Position numbers and translations under genes: made by a program
Assembly (NCBI RefSeq): GCF_024502345.1
Contig: NZ_JALDNN010000001.1
Reading direction: 5' to 3' (one strand)
Source: Escherichia coli
GTDB taxonomy: Bacteria > Pseudomonadota > Gammaproteobacteria > Enterobacterales > Enterobacteriaceae
DNA length: 64,000 nucleotides
The notes under the pieces: generated by a model
Database searches by the model: none
Told to the model about the DNA's origin: nothing
The model's input: only the letters and a program-made list of their open reading frames with translations
In this document: positions 43,293 to 56,546 of the stretch, in pieces
Layout: every line of letters begins with the position of its first letter
Position numbering within the stretch: position 1 is the first letter of the stretch

Positions 43293-44792
43293 ATGAGCAT
43301 CTTGTACGAAGAGCGTCTTGATGGCGCTTTACCCGATGTCGACCGCACATCGGTACTGATGGCACTGCGTGAGCATGTCCCTGGACTTGAGATCCTGCAT
43401 ACCGATGAGGAGATCATTCCTTACGAGTGTGACGGGTTGAGCGCGTATCGCACGCGTCCATTACTGGTTGTTCTGCCTAAGCAAATGGAACAGGTGACAG
43501 CGATTCTTGCTGTCTGCCATCGCCTGCGTGTACCGGTGGTGACCCGTGGTGCAGGCACCGGGCTTTCTGGTGGCGCGCTGCCGCTGGAAAAAGGTGTGTT
43601 GTTGGTGATGGCGCGCTTTAAAGAGATCCTCGACATTAACCCCGTTGGTCGCCGCGCGCGCGTGCAGCCAGGCGTGCGTAACCTGGCGATCTCCCAGGCC
43701 GTTGCACCGCATAATCTCTACTACGCACCGGACCCTTCCTCACAAATCGCCTGTTCCATTGGCGGCAACGTGGCAGAAAATGCCGGCGGCGTCCACTGCC
43801 TGAAATATGGTCTGACCGTACATAACCTGCTGAAAATTGAAGTGCAAACGCTGGACGGCGAGGCGCTGACGCTGGGATCGGACGCGCTGGATTCACCTGG
43901 TTTTGACCTGCTGGCGCTGTTCACCGGATCGGAAGGTATGCTCGGCGTGACCACCGAAGTGACGGTAAAACTGCTGCCGAAGCCGCCCGTGGCGCGGGTT
44001 CTGTTAGCCAGCTTTGACTCGGTAGAAAAAGCCGGACTTGCAGTTGGTGACATCATCGCCAATGGCATTATCCCCGGCGGGCTGGAGATGATGGATAACC
44101 TGTCGATCCGCGCGGCGGAAGATTTTATTCATGCCGGTTATCCCGTCGACGCCGAAGCAATTTTGTTATGCGAGCTGGACGGCGTGGAGTCTGACGTACA
44201 GGAAGACTGCGAGCGGGTTAACGACATCTTGTTGAAAGCGGGCGCGACTGACGTCCGTCTGGCACAGGACGAAGCAGAGCGCGTACGTTTCTGGGCCGGT
44301 CGCAAAAATGCGTTCCCGGCGGTAGGACGTATCTCCCCGGATTACTACTGCATGGATGGCACCATCCCGCGTCGCGCCCTGCCTGGCGTACTGGAAGGCA
44401 TTGCCCGTTTATCGCAGCAATATGATTTACGTGTTGCCAACGTCTTTCATGCCGGAGATGGCAACATGCACCCGTTAATCCTTTTCGATGCCAACGAACC
44501 CGGTGAATTTGCCCGCGCGGAAGAGCTGGGTGGGAAGATCCTCGAACTCTGCGTTGAAGTTGGCGGCAGCATCAGTGGGGAACATGGCATCGGGCGAGAA
44601 AAAATCAATCAAATGTGCGCCCAGTTCAACAGCGATGAAATCACGACCTTCCATGCGGTCAAGGCGGCGTTTGACCCCGATGGTTTGCTGAACCCTGGGA
44701 AAAACATTCCCACGCTACACCGCTGTGCTGAATTTGGTGCCATGCATGTGCATCACGGTCATTTACCTTTCCCTGAACTGGAGCGTTTCTGA
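43293..44792 (+). CDS. glcD: Glycolate oxidase FAD-binding subunit
   Basis: 499-aa ORF; synteny. Confidence 0.93.
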   Translation: MSILYEERLDGALPDVDRTSVLMALREHVPGLEILHTDEEIIPYECDGLSAYRTRPLLVVLPKQMEQVTAILAVCHRLRVPVVTRGAGTGLSGGALPLEKGVLLVMARFKEILDINPVGRRARVQPGVRNLAISQAVAPHNLYYAPDPSSQIACSIGGNVAENAGGVHCLKYGLTVHNLLKIEVQTLDGEALTLGSDALDSPGFDLLALFTGSEGMLGVTTEVTVKLLPKPPVARVLLASFDSVEKAGLAVGDIIANGIIPGGLEMMDNLSIRAAEDFIHAGYPVDAEAILLCELDGVESDVQEDCERVNDILLKAGATDVRLAQDEAERVRFWAGRKNAFPAVGRISPDYYCMDGTIPRRALPGVLEGIARLSQQYDLRVANVFHAGDGNMHPLILFDANEPGEFARAEELGGKILELCVEVGGSISGEHGIGREKINQMCAQFNSDEITTFHAVKAAFDPDGLLNPGKNIPTLHRCAEFGAMHVHHGHLPFPELERF

Positions 44793-45844
44793 TGCTACGC
44801 GAGTGTGATTACAGCCAGGCGCTGCTGGAGCAGGTGAATCAGGCAATTAGCGATAAAACGCCGCTGGTGATTCAGGGCAGCAATAGCAAAGCCTTTTTAG
44901 GTCGCCCTGTCACCGGGCAAACGCTGGATGTGCGTTGTCATCGCGGCATTGTTAATTACGACCCGACCGAGCTGGTGATAACCGCGCGTGCCGGAACGCC
45001 GCTGGTGGCGATTGAAGCGGCGCTGGAGAGCGCCGGGCAAATGCTCCCCTGCGAGCCGCCGCATTATGGTGAAGAAGCCACCTGGGGCGGGATGGTCGCC
45101 TGCGGGCTGGCGGGGCCGCGTCGCCCGTGGAGCGGTTCGGTCCGCGATTTTGTCCTCGGCACGCGCATCATTACCGGCGCTGGAAAACATCTGCGTTTTG
45201 GTGGCGAAGTGATGAAAAACGTTGCCGGATACGATCTCTCACGGTTAATGGCCGGAAGCTACGGTTGTCTTGGCGTGCTCACTGAAATCTCGATGAAAGT
45301 GTTACCGCGACCGCGCGCCTCCCTGAGCCTGCGTCGGGAAATCAGCCTGCAAGAAGCCATGAACGAAATCGCCCAGTGGCAACTCCAGCCGCTACCCATT
45401 AGTGGCTTATGTTACTTCGACAATGCGTTGTGGATCCGCCTTGAGGGCGGCGAAGGATCGGTAAAAGCGGCGCGTGAACTGCTGGGGGGCGAAGAGGTTG
45501 CGGGTCAGTTCTGGCAGCAATTGCGTGAACAACAACTGCCGTTCTTCTCGTTACCAGGTACCTTATGGCGCATTTCATTACCCAGCGATGCGCCGATGAT
45601 GGATTTACCCGGCGAGCAACTGATCGACTGGGGCGGTGCGTTACGCTGGCTGAAATCGACAGCCGAGGACAATCAAATCCATCGCATCGCCCGCAACGCT
45701 GGCGGTCATGCGACCCGCTTTAGTGCCGGAGATGGTGGCTTTGCCCCGCTATCGGCTCCTTTATTCCGCTATCACCAGCAGCTTAAACAGCAGCTCGACC
45801 CTTGCGGCGTGTTTAACCCCGGTCGCATGTACGCGGAACTTTGA
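44792..45844 (+). CDS. glcE: Glycolate oxidase FAD-binding subunit GlcE
   Basis: 350-aa ORF overlapping the glcD stop. Confidence 0.92.
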   Translation: MLRECDYSQALLEQVNQAISDKTPLVIQGSNSKAFLGRPVTGQTLDVRCHRGIVNYDPTELVITARAGTPLVAIEAALESAGQMLPCEPPHYGEEATWGGMVACGLAGPRRPWSGSVRDFVLGTRIITGAGKHLRFGGEVMKNVAGYDLSRLMAGSYGCLGVLTEISMKVLPRPRASLSLRREISLQEAMNEIAQWQLQPLPISGLCYFDNALWIRLEGGEGSVKAARELLGGEEVAGQFWQQLREQQLPFFSLPGTLWRISLPSDAPMMDLPGEQLIDWGGALRWLKSTAEDNQIHRIARNAGGHATRFSAGDGGFAPLSAPLFRYHQQLKQQLDPCGVFNPGRMYAEL

Positions 45845-45854
45845 GGAGCAGGCT

Positions 45855-47078
45855 ATGCAAACCCAATTAACTGAAGAGATGCGGCAGAACGCGCGCGCGC
45901 TGGAAGCCGACAGCATCCTGCGCGCCTGTGTTCACTGCGGATTTTGTACCGCAACCTGCCCAACCTATCAGCTTCTGGGCGATGAACTGGACGGGCCGCG
46001 CGGGCGCATCTATCTGATTAAACAGGTGCTGGAAGGCAACGAAGTCACGCTTAAAACACAGGAGCATCTCGATCGCTGCCTCACTTGCCGCAATTGTGAA
46101 ACCACCTGTCCTTCTGGTGTGCGCTATCACAATTTGCTGGATATCGGGCGTGATATTGTCGAGCAGAAAGTGAAACGCCCACTGCCGGAGCGAATACTGC
46201 GCGAAGGATTGCGCCAGGTAGTGCCGCGTCCGGCTGTCTTCCGTGCGCTGACGCAGGTAGGGCTGGTGCTGCGACCGTTTTTACCGGAACAGGTCAGAGC
46301 AAAACTGCCTGCCGAAACGGTGAAAGCTAAACCGCGTCCGCCGCTGCGCCATAAGCGTCGGGTTTTAATGCTGGAAGGCTGCGCCCAGCCTACGCTTTCG
46401 CCCAACACCAACGCGGCAACTGCGCGAGTGCTGGATCGTCTGGGGATCAGCGTCATGTCAGCTAACGAAGCAGGCTGTTGTGGCGCGGTGGACTATCATC
46501 TTAATGCGCAGGAGAAAGGGCTGGCACGGGCGCGCAATAATATTGATGCCTGGTGGCCCGCGATTGAAGCAGGTGCCGAGGCAATTTTGCAAACCGCCAG
46601 CGGTTGCGGCGCGTTTGTCAAAGAGTACGGGCAGATGCTGAAAAACGATGCGTTATATGCCGATAAAGCGCGTCAAGTCAGTGAACTGGCGGTCGATTTA
46701 GTCGAGCTTCTGCGCGAGGAACCGCTGGAAAAAATGGCAATTCGCGGCGATAAAAAACTGGCCTTCCACTGCCCGTGTACCCTACAACATGCGCAAAAGC
46801 TGAACGGCGAAGTGGAAAAAGTGTTGCTTCGTCTTGGATTTACCTTAACGGACGTTCCCGACAGCCATCTGTGCTGCGGTTCAGCGGGAACATATGCGTT
46901 AACGCATCCCGATCTGGCACGCCAGCTGCGGGATAACAAAATGAATGCGCTGGAAAGCGGCAAACCGGAAATGATCGTCACCGCCAACATTGGTTGCCAG
47001 ACGCATCTGGCGAGCGCCGGTCGTACCTCTGTGCGTCACTGGATTGAAATTGTAGAACAAGCCCTTGAAAAGGAATAA
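45855..47078 (+). CDS. glcF: Glycolate oxidase iron-sulfur subunit
   Basis: Start MQTQLTEEMRQ after GAGGAG RBS; CxxCxxCxxxCP motifs. Confidence 0.9.
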   Translation: MQTQLTEEMRQNARALEADSILRACVHCGFCTATCPTYQLLGDELDGPRGRIYLIKQVLEGNEVTLKTQEHLDRCLTCRNCETTCPSGVRYHNLLDIGRDIVEQKVKRPLPERILREGLRQVVPRPAVFRALTQVGLVLRPFLPEQVRAKLPAETVKAKPRPPLRHKRRVLMLEGCAQPTLSPNTNAATARVLDRLGISVMSANEAGCCGAVDYHLNAQEKGLARARNNIDAWWPAIEAGAEAILQTASGCGAFVKEYGQMLKNDALYADKARQVSELAVDLVELLREEPLEKMAIRGDKKLAFHCPCTLQHAQKLNGEVEKVLLRLGFTLTDVPDSHLCCGSAGTYALTHPDLARQLRDNKMNALESGKPEMIVTANIGCQTHLASAGRTSVRHWIEIVEQALEKE

Positions 47079-47082
47079 CAAA

Positions 47083-47487
47083 ATGAAAACTAAAGTCATT
47101 CTTAGCCAGCAAATGGCGAGTGCAATTATTGCCGCAGGTCAGGAAGAGGCGCAGAAAAATAACTGGTCTGTTTCCATTGCTGTTGCCGATGACGGCGGTC
47201 ATCTGCTGGCGTTAAGTCGCATGGACGATTGCGCGCCGATTGCGGCTTACATCTCCCAGGAGAAAGCGCGTACCGCCGCGCTGGGGCGTCGTGAAACTAA
47301 GGGCTATGAAGAGATGGTGAACAACGGACGTACCGCGTTCGTGACTGCGCCGTTATTAACGTCGCTGGAAGGCGGCGTACCGGTTGTTGTTGATGGGCAA
47401 ATTATTGGTGCCGTGGGCGTTTCTGGTTTAACCGGAGCACAGGATGCGCAGGTCGCGAAAGCGGCAGCAGCGGTGTTGGCGAAATAA
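47083..47487 (+). CDS. glcG: GlcG (heme-binding-like protein of the glc operon)
   Basis: 134-aa ORF MKTKVILSQQ. Confidence 0.88.
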   Translation: MKTKVILSQQMASAIIAAGQEEAQKNNWSVSIAVADDGGHLLALSRMDDCAPIAAYISQEKARTAALGRRETKGYEEMVNNGRTAFVTAPLLTSLEGGVPVVVDGQIIGAVGVSGLTGAQDAQVAKAAAAVLAK

Positions 47488-47508
47488 GCGAAAACGAGGA
47501 GATAAACA

Positions 47509-49680
47509 ATGAGTCAAACCATAACCCAGGGCCGTTTACGCATTGACGCCAATTTTAAACGTTTTGTGGATGAAGAAGTTTTACCGGGAACAGGGCTGGA
47601 CGCTGCGGCGTTCTGGCGCAATTTTGATGAAATCGTTCACGATCTGGCACCAGAAAATCGTCAGTTGCTGGCAGAACGCGATCGCATTCAGGCGGCGCTT
47701 GATGAGTGGCATCGCAGCAATCCGGGGCCGGTAAAAGATAAAGCGGCCTATAAATCTTTCCTGCGTGAACTGGGCTACCTGGTGCCGCAACCGGAGCGCG
47801 TGACGGTGGAAACCACGGGCATTGACAGCGAAATCACCAGTCAGGCGGGGCCACAGCTGGTGGTTCCGGCAATGAACGCCCGCTACGCGCTGAACGCGGC
47901 GAACGCTCGCTGGGGCTCACTGTACGATGCGTTATACGGCAGCGACATCATCCCGCAGGAAGGGGCGATGGTCAGCGGCTACGATCCGCAACGCGGTGAG
48001 CAGGTTATCGCCTGGGTTCGGCGTTTCCTCGATGAATCTCTACCGCTGGAAAACGGCAGCTATCAGGATGTGGTGGCGTTTAAGGTGGTCGATAAACAAT
48101 TACGCATCCAGTTGAAAAATGGTAAAGAAACCACGTTACGTACCCCGGCGCAGTTTGTCGGTTACCGTGGCGATGCCGCTGCGCCGACCTGCATTTTGCT
48201 GAAAAATAACGGCCTGCATATTGAACTGCAAATTGATGCCAACGGGCGGATTGGCAAAGACGATCCGGCGCACATCAACGATGTTATCGTCGAAGCGGCC
48301 ATCAGTACCATTCTCGACTGCGAAGATTCGGTCGCGGCGGTTGATGCGGAAGATAAAATCCTGCTGTACCGCAATCTGCTGGGCCTGATGCAGGGGACTC
48401 TGCAAGAGAAAATGGAGAAAAACGGTCGACAAATCGTGCGTAAACTGAATGACGATCGTCATTACACCGCCGCCGATGGCTCTGAAATTTCTCTGCACGG
48501 ACGCTCGCTGCTGTTTATCCGCAACGTGGGTCATTTGATGACCATTCCTGTGATTTGGGACAGCGAAGGCAATGAAATCCCGGAAGGCATTCTTGATGGC
48601 GTCATGACTGGCGCGATTGCCCTCTATGATTTAAAAGTGCAGAAAAACTCGCGCACTGGCAGCGTCTATATTGTGAAACCGAAAATGCACGGTCCGCAGG
48701 AAGTGGCGTTCGCCAACAAACTGTTTACCCGCATTGAGACAATGCTCGGTATGGCACCGAATACCCTGAAAATGGGCATTATGGATGAAGAACGTCGGAC
48801 CTCGCTGAACTTGCGTAGCTGTATCGCTCAGGCGCGCAACCGCGTGGCGTTCATCAATACCGGTTTCCTCGACCGTACCGGCGATGAAATGCATTCGGTG
48901 ATGGAAGCTGGCCCGATGCTGCGTAAAAATCAGATGAAATCGACGCCGTGGATCAAAGCCTACGAGCGTAATAACGTGCTTTCCGGCCTGTTCTGTGGGC
49001 TGCGCGGTAAAGCGCAAATCGGTAAAGGCATGTGGGCAATGCCGGACCTGATGGCAGACATGTACAGCCAGAAGGGCGACCAACTGCGTGCCGGGGCAAA
49101 CACAGCCTGGGTTCCGTCACCAACCGCTGCTACGCTCCATGCGCTGCACTACCACCAAACCAACGTACAGAGCGTGCAAGCCAACATTGCCCAGACCGAG
49201 TTTAATGCTGAATTTGAACCGCTGCTGGACGATCTGCTGACTATTCCGGTTGCTGAAAACGCTAACTGGTCGGCGCAAGAGATCCAACAAGAGCTGGATA
49301 ACAACGTGCAGGGGATTCTGGGGTACGTGGTGCGCTGGGTGGAGCAGGGGATTGGTTGTTCAAAAGTGCCGGATATTCACAATGTGGCGCTGATGGAAGA
49401 CCGCGCAACGCTGCGTATCTCCAGCCAGCATATCGCCAACTGGTTACGTCACGGTATTCTGACCAAAGAACAGGTGCAGGCGTCGCTGGAGAATATGGCG
49501 AAAGTGGTTGATCAGCAAAACGCTGGCGATCCGGCTTATCGTCCGATGGCGGGGAATTTCGCTAACTCGTGTGCTTTTAAAGCTGCCAGCGATTTGATCT
49601 TCCTCGGCGTGAAACAGCCAAACGGTTATACCGAACCGTTATTACACGCCTGGCGTTTACGCGAAAAAGAAAGTCATTAA
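47509..49680 (+). CDS. glcB: Malate synthase G
   Basis: 723-aa [30 protein letters not shown]. Confidence 0.95.
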   Translation: MSQTITQGRLRIDANFKRFVDEEVLPGTGLDAAAFWRNFDEIVHDLAPENRQLLAERDRIQAALDEWHRSNPGPVKDKAAYKSFLRELGYLVPQPERVTVETTGIDSEITSQAGPQLVVPAMNARYALNAANARWGSLYDALYGSDIIPQEGAMVSGYDPQRGEQVIAWVRRFLDESLPLENGSYQDVVAFKVVDKQLRIQLKNGKETTLRTPAQFVGYRGDAAAPTCILLKNNGLHIELQIDANGRIGKDDPAHINDVIVEAAISTILDCEDSVAAVDAEDKILLYRNLLGLMQGTLQEKMEKNGRQIVRKLNDDRHYTAADGSEISLHGRSLLFIRNVGHLMTIPVIWDSEGNEIPEGILDGVMTGAIALYDLKVQKNSRTGSVYIVKPKMHGPQEVAFANKLFTRIETMLGMAPNTLKMGIMDEERRTSLNLRSCIAQARNRVAFINTGFLDRTGDEMHSVMEAGPMLRKNQMKSTPWIKAYERNNVLSGLFCGLRGKAQIGKGMWAMPDLMADMYSQKGDQLRAGANTAWVPSPTAATLHALHYHQTNVQSVQANIAQTEFNAEFEPLLDDLLTIPVAENANWSAQEIQQELDNNVQGILGYVVRWVEQGIGCSKVPDIHNVALMEDRATLRISSQHIANWLRHGILTKEQVQASLENMAKVVDQQNAGDPAYRPMAGNFANSCAFKAASDLIFLGVKQPNGYTEPLLHAWRLREKESH

Positions 49681-50034
49681 TAGCGTCAAAAAAGCCCCGG
49701 CAAGTTTTATTGTCGGGGCTATGATAGTAACTGCGGTAGTACATTTATCCCGGAAATAACCGGAGCGATTATCAGGGTTTAACAATATTAAATACCCGTA
49801 GCGCATTACTAGCGGGCCTAAAACAACAATATGGACATCTTAACGATACTCTGCGCCTGCGTGTGCGGAACAGAAACCCTTACCCGATATACTTGTTATG
49901 CCAGAGGTAGCAATTGCGTTAGCGGCGTACTGTTGCTGTAAAGTATAACGCCTATATTTTACAGTTCAGTCCTCTTTTGCTTATTACAACCTTAAGTATA
50001 TCAAGCATATAAAGATAATAAGAGACTGAACAAT

Positions 50035-51717
50035 ATGGTTACCTGGACCCAAATGTATATGCCGATGGGAGGACTGGGGCTATCCGCTCTGGTCGCCCTG
50101 ATCCCGATAATATTCTTCTTCGTTGCACTCGCGGTATTACGTCTGAAAGGACATGTCGCTGGAGCAATAACCCTTATATTATCTATCCTGATTGCAATAT
50201 TCGCCTTTAAAATGCCGATTGATATGGCTTTTGCTGCTGCGGGCTATGGCTTTATTTATGGATTATGGCCTATTGCGTGGATTATTGTCGCGGCGGTGTT
50301 CCTCTATAAATTAACCGTTGCCAGCGGTCAGTTCGATATTATCCGCAGCTCGGTTATCTCCATCACCGACGATCAGCGTTTGCAGGTGTTACTGATTGGT
50401 TTCTCCTTTGGTGCGTTGCTGGAAGGAGCGGCTGGCTTTGGTGCGCCGGTGGCGATTACCGGTGCGCTGCTGGTGGGCCTGGGCTTCAAACCGTTATACG
50501 CGGCGGGGCTGTGTCTGATTGCCAACACTGCGCCAGTGGCGTTTGGTGCGTTGGGCGTGCCGATTCTGGTCGCCGGTCAGGTAACGGGAATCGATCCGTT
50601 CCACATTGGCGCAATGGCGGGACGTCAGTTACCGTTCCTGTCGGTTCTTGTGCCGTTCTGGCTGGTAGCAATGATGGACGGCTGGAAAGGGGTGAAAGAG
50701 ACGTGGCCAGCGGCGCTGGTTGCTGGGGGAAGCTTCGCTGTCACTCAGTTCTTTACCTCTAACTATATTGGTCCGGAACTGCCGGATATTACTTCGGCGC
50801 TGGTGAGTATCGTCTCACTCGCTTTATTCCTTAAAGTCTGGCGGCCGAAAAATACCGAAACGGCAATCAGCATGGGGCAATCCGCAGGTGCGATGGTGGT
50901 AAATAAGCCATCTTCTGGCGGTCCCGTGCCTTCAGAATATAGTCTGGGGCAAATCATTCGTGCGTGGTCACCGTTTTTAATCTTAACGGTGCTGGTCACC
51001 ATCTGGACCATGAAGCCGTTTAAAGCGTTATTTGCTCCGGGCGGCGCGTTTTATTCACTGGTGATTAATTTCCAGATCCCTCATTTGCATCAACAAGTGT
51101 TGAAAGCGGCACCCATTGTCGCCCAACCAACGCCAATGGATGCGGTGTTTAAATTCGACCCTCTCTCGGCTGGCGGCACCGCTATTTTTATTGCGGCGAT
51201 TATCTCTATCTTCATCCTCGGCGTGGGCATCAAGAAAGGGATTGGCGTCTTTGCCGAAACGCTAATTAGTCTGAAGTGGCCGATATTGTCGATTGGCATG
51301 GTGCTGGCGTTCGCCTTCGTCACCAACTATTCCGGCATGTCCACCACGCTGGCGCTGGTACTGGCAGGTACAGGCGTGATGTTCCCGTTTTTCTCACCGT
51401 TCCTCGGCTGGCTGGGGGTATTCCTTACCGGCTCGGACACTTCTTCAAACGCCCTGTTTGGTTCACTGCAATCGACCACGGCGCAGCAAATCAATGTCTC
51501 TGACACTCTGCTGGTGGCAGCAAATACCAGCGGCGGCGTAACTGGCAAGATGATCTCCCCGCAATCTATCGCCGTGGCCTGCGCCGCGACGGGCATGGTG
51601 GGCCGAGAATCTGAACTATTCCGCTACACCGTGAAGCACAGTCTGATTTTTGCCAGCGTTATCGGCGTTATCACGTTGTTGCAGGCGTATGTGTTTACTG
51701 GAATGTTGGTCTCGTAA
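50035..51717 (+). CDS. glcA: Glycolate/lactate permease
   Basis: 560-aa polytopic LctP-family ORF. Confidence 0.92.
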   Translation: MVTWTQMYMPMGGLGLSALVALIPIIFFFVALAVLRLKGHVAGAITLILSILIAIFAFKMPIDMAFAAAGYGFIYGLWPIAWIIVAAVFLYKLTVASGQFDIIRSSVISITDDQRLQVLLIGFSFGALLEGAAGFGAPVAITGALLVGLGFKPLYAAGLCLIANTAPVAFGALGVPILVAGQVTGIDPFHIGAMAGRQLPFLSVLVPFWLVAMMDGWKGVKETWPAALVAGGSFAVTQFFTSNYIGPELPDITSALVSIVSLALFLKVWRPKNTETAISMGQSAGAMVVNKPSSGGPVPSEYSLGQIIRAWSPFLILTVLVTIWTMKPFKALFAPGGAFYSLVINFQIPHLHQQVLKAAPIVAQPTPMDAVFKFDPLSAGGTAIFIAAIISIFILGVGIKKGIGVFAETLISLKWPILSIGMVLAFAFVTNYSGMSTTLALVLAGTGVMFPFFSPFLGWLGVFLTGSDTSSNALFGSLQSTTAQQINVSDTLLVAANTSGGVTGKMISPQSIAVACAATGMVGRESELFRYTVKHSLIFASVIGVITLLQAYVFTGMLVS

Positions 51718-51726
51718 ATCAATAAT

Positions 51727-51760
51727 GCCGGATGATCGTTAATATCATCCGGCTTCATTT
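51727..51760 (+). terminator. Intrinsic terminator of the glc operon (GCCGGATGATCG...ATCATCCGGC then TTCATTT)
   Basis: Hairpin plus T-rich tail. Confidence 0.6.
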
Positions 51761-52202
51761 ACATTATTCTGTCTTATTAATTGAAAATTATTTCTCGCTT
51801 TATTATCCATGCGGCAATAATGTTTTGTGTTCAGATAACCTGATAAATAATTAAGAGCGTGAGAACATCTATTTTTTTTATCACGCAAAACAAGTCTGTA
51901 TTAATTATGTTCGCTTGATGAGCAAACACCGTTCTATCTGTTGCTTTTGCAATCTTAATCGTTAAAACTACCAACGAATTTATATAGTTGCGTTGTGAAA
52001 TGTTGTTAATTTTTTGTTTATTGAAATTTCGTAAAAATAGCCAGCCAGACATCAAATAGGGGTTATTCTTATAAATTTCACCTGTTTTCTATCAATGATG
52101 TCGTTTTCTTAAGAATGGAGGAAATTATTAAAGAAGATAAAGCATAAAACTATTTCTCCCAGTTACGAATTTTTTAACATTGTTTTGTCACTTGCGTTAT
52201 TA

Positions 52203-53300
<1,098 letters not shown>

Positions 53301-53399
53301 TATTACTGTCGCCTGTAAATAACCGGCACAGTGCGAACACCATGCCGGGAGATTATGGCTGACAAAACGGGAACGACAGGATCCCGCTGTTGTCGGGGG

Positions 53400-55082
53400 T
53401 CAGAAGGTTTCCCAGTTCTCGCTGGCGTGTTGTTCCGTTTCACGAACGGACTTTACCGCTTTAACCTTACTCTGCGGGCTGGTGTTGCTGATTGTCGGTA
53501 CTATGGTATTTTTTCGTTCAGCATCGCGTTTTTTATTATCACGGAGACGAAATACGCTCACCTTCTCCTGCAGAATCCGTGACTGATTCTGCAACGAAGC
53601 GGCAGTGGCTGCAGACTGTTCCACCAGAGCTGCATTTTGTTGGGTGGTGCTGTCTATCTGGCCCATGGCGCTGTTAATCTGGGCAATACCATCTCCCTGC
53701 TCACGACTGGCCTTGGCTATTTCGTCAATCAGCCCTTCCATGCTCTGGACGTTACTGATGATATCCTCCATTCCCCTGTCTGCTTTTTCAACCAGGGTAC
53801 GGCCGGATGCAATGCGGGAAACGGAGTCATCAATGAGCTCTTTTATTTCCCGCGCGGCAGAAGCACTGCGCTGAGCCAGATTACGAACCTCTCCGGCCAC
53901 AACCGCAAATCCACGGCCGGACTCGCCGGCGCGTGCGGCTTCCACGGCAGCATTAAGCGCGAGAATGTTGGTCTGGAAGGCAATCCCGTCGATGACCTGG
54001 ATGATGGCTGTCATTTCAGACGAGGTGTCGTAAATCTCCTGCATCCGGGAAGACACCTCACTCATGACCACTCCATTCTGTTTCACAATGGCCGTTGTTT
54101 CTGTCACAAACTGGTAAACCTGTGCTGTATTGCCGGCAGTATTGTTTATGGTGGCCGTCAGTTGTTCCAGAGTGGCCGCCGTCTGTTCCACACCGGCAGC
54201 CTGCTCTTCGGTGCGGGCTGACAGGTCTGTATTACCACTGCTGATTTCTGCTGCAGTCAGCGCAATATTGTCCGCTCCCTGACGTACTTCCCGGACGGTG
54301 TTACTCAGACTCCCGCACATATCACGCAGTGCCTGCATCAGTTGCCCCAGCTGGTCCTGTGAGTCCACTTTAATCTCCACACACAGGTTACCTTCCGCCA
54401 CTTCCCGGGCAATCCGGACGGCTGAAATCAACGGACTGGTAATGCTTCTGGTGATCAGCCATGCCAGCACACCTCCCAGAAGAAGCGCCATACACCCAGT
54501 GATGATCAGTGTCAGTATGGCTGCCGTACCATTATCAGCGATAACTTCACCCGCTTTATCTATGCTTGTTTTTTCGTATTCCACCAGTGCCTGCAGACTG
54601 GCCATGTAGTCATTTATGATCGGTAATTGCTGTGACTCAATGAAGTGGTTCAGGGCTTCACGGTCCCCCTGCTCACTGATCTGAAGAGCTTTTACCAGGG
54701 TATCTGCATACACCTGACGCTTTTCACCAATGGTTTTCAGCAGCTTAATACCCTGCTCTGAAGTAAGCTCCCTGTTAAATTTATCCTGCAGTATATCCAC
54801 GCGAGCACGGGTTTTCTCTATCCGCTGCTGTGCATATGTCCTGATATCCGGGTCCCCCGACGTCAGCAGAACCAGTCCAAGCGCACCGTTTGATTCAATA
54901 CCGGTCTGCCATTCATTCGCCATACGCTCCTGCAGAAGATAATTATTCATCACGCGATCGGTGGAAGTGAGCATAGAGTTCAGGTACCCCACTCCGGTCA
55001 CTGTCATGATCATGATAAGAACCAGAATTAGGCTGAAGCTGCCAGCCAGCCTGATACCCACACTAAAGTCTTTGATTTTCAT
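53400..55082 (-). CDS. Methyl-accepting chemotaxis protein (orphan, island-borne)
   Basis: 560-aa ORF: TM1, periplasmic domain, TM2, HAMP, conserved MCP signalling region ([51 protein letters not shown]). Confidence 0.85.
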   Translation of the reverse strand: [560 protein letters not shown]

Positions 55083-55380
55083 TTTATTACCCGTGAATGA
55101 AGCTGGTTATTTCGGACCCCGGTGTCCCTGACAAATAACTGGTGCCTCCAGACTTATTTATGAGGAATCATATTTTGATTAACGAGATCTGTTATCGGTA
55201 TCAGTGTGCCTGAATGGAGTATGTCAGACACGACCACTTAATACCCCGAAGCGTCCTGCCAAAAAAGACCAGACGGTGAGGGCTGGTCTGAAATCTGACA
55301 ATGTCTATGGGGTCTACCGTTGCGTAGAGGGCTGTCACAACGTTAATAAGATTATCGGCAACAGTCCGGTAAACTTTAAC

Positions 55381-56030
55381 GGCACTGTTGCAAATAGTCG
55401 GTGGTGATAAACTTATCATCCCCTTTTGCTGATGGAGCTGCACATGAACCCATTCAAAGGCCGGCATTTTCAGCGTGACATCATTCTGTGGGCCGTACGC
55501 TGGTACTGCAAATACGGCATCAGTTACCGTGAGCTGCAGGAGATGCTGGCTGAACGCGGAGTGAATGTCGATCACTCCACGATTTACCGCTGGGTTCAGC
55601 GTTATGCGCCTGAAATGGAAAAACGGCTGCGCTGGTACTGGCGTAACCCTTCCGATCTTTGCCCGTGGCACATGGATGAAACCTACGTGAAGGTCAATGG
55701 CCGCTGGGCGTATCTGTACCGGGCCGTCGACAGCCGGGGCCGCACTGTCGATTTTTATCTCTCCTCCCGTCGTAACAGCAAAGCTGCATACCGGTTTCTG
55801 GGTAAAATCCTCAACAACGTGAAGAAGTGGCAGATCCCGCGATTCATCAACACGGATAAAGCGCCCGCCTATGGTCGCGCGCTTGCTCTGCTCAAACGCG
55901 AAGGCCGGTGCCCGTCTGACGTTGAACACCGACAGATTAAGTACCGGAACAACGTGATTGAATGCGATCATGGCAAACTGAAACGGATAATCGGCGCCAC
56001 GCTGGGATTTAAATCCATGAAGACGGCTTA
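55381..56030 (+). mobile_element. IS26: IS26 (IS6 family), 3'-truncated: left inverted repeat GGCACTGTTGCAAA and 196 of 234 transposase codons (tnp 55444..56031)
   Basis: Match to recalled IS26 terminus and transposase MNPFKGRHFQRDIILWAVRWYCKYGISYREL...; identity ends at GACGGCTTA. Confidence 0.88.
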
Positions 56031-56513
56031 ACGGACATAACCTACATCAGGACCCACGAAGGCTGGCTGTATCTTGCCGTGGTGGTTGATCTGTTCTCAC
56101 GCAAAATTATCGGCTGGTCCATGCAATCCCGGATGACAAAGGACATTGTCCTGAACGCACTGCTGATGGCCGTATGGCGGCGTAATCCCCAAAAACAGGT
56201 GCTGGTTCATTCGGATCAGGGCAGTCAGTACACAAGCCATGAGTGGCAGTCGTTCCTGAAATCACACGGCCTGGAGGGCAGCATGAGCCGTCGCGGTAAT
56301 TGCCATGATAATGTGGTTGCAGAAAGCTTTTTCCAGTTGTTGAAACGCGAACGGATAAAGAAAAAGATCTACGGAACGCGGGAAGAAGCCCGCAGCGATA
56401 TTTTTGATTACATCGAAATGTTTTATAACAGTAAGCGTCGGCATGGTTCCAGCGATCAGATGTCACCGACAGAATATGAAAACCAGTATTATCAACGGCT
56501 CGGAAGTGTCTAG
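56031..56513 (+). mobile_element. 3' fragment of an IS3-family orfB (DDE transposase C-terminus), abutting the truncated IS26
   Basis: Frame encodes DITYIRTHEGWLYLAVVVDLFSRKIIGWSMQSRM...HSDQGSQYTS...MSPTEYENQYYQRLGSV. Confidence 0.8.
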
Positions 56514-56546
56514 ATTATCTGTGGCGATTCATATCTTGGAATATAA

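Noticed and set aside
55201-55971. 256-aa ORF antisense to the IS26 transposase, running across the IS26 inverted repeat
   Set aside because: Antisense to a known transposase gene and spanning the IS boundary; an artefact of the open antisense frame of IS26
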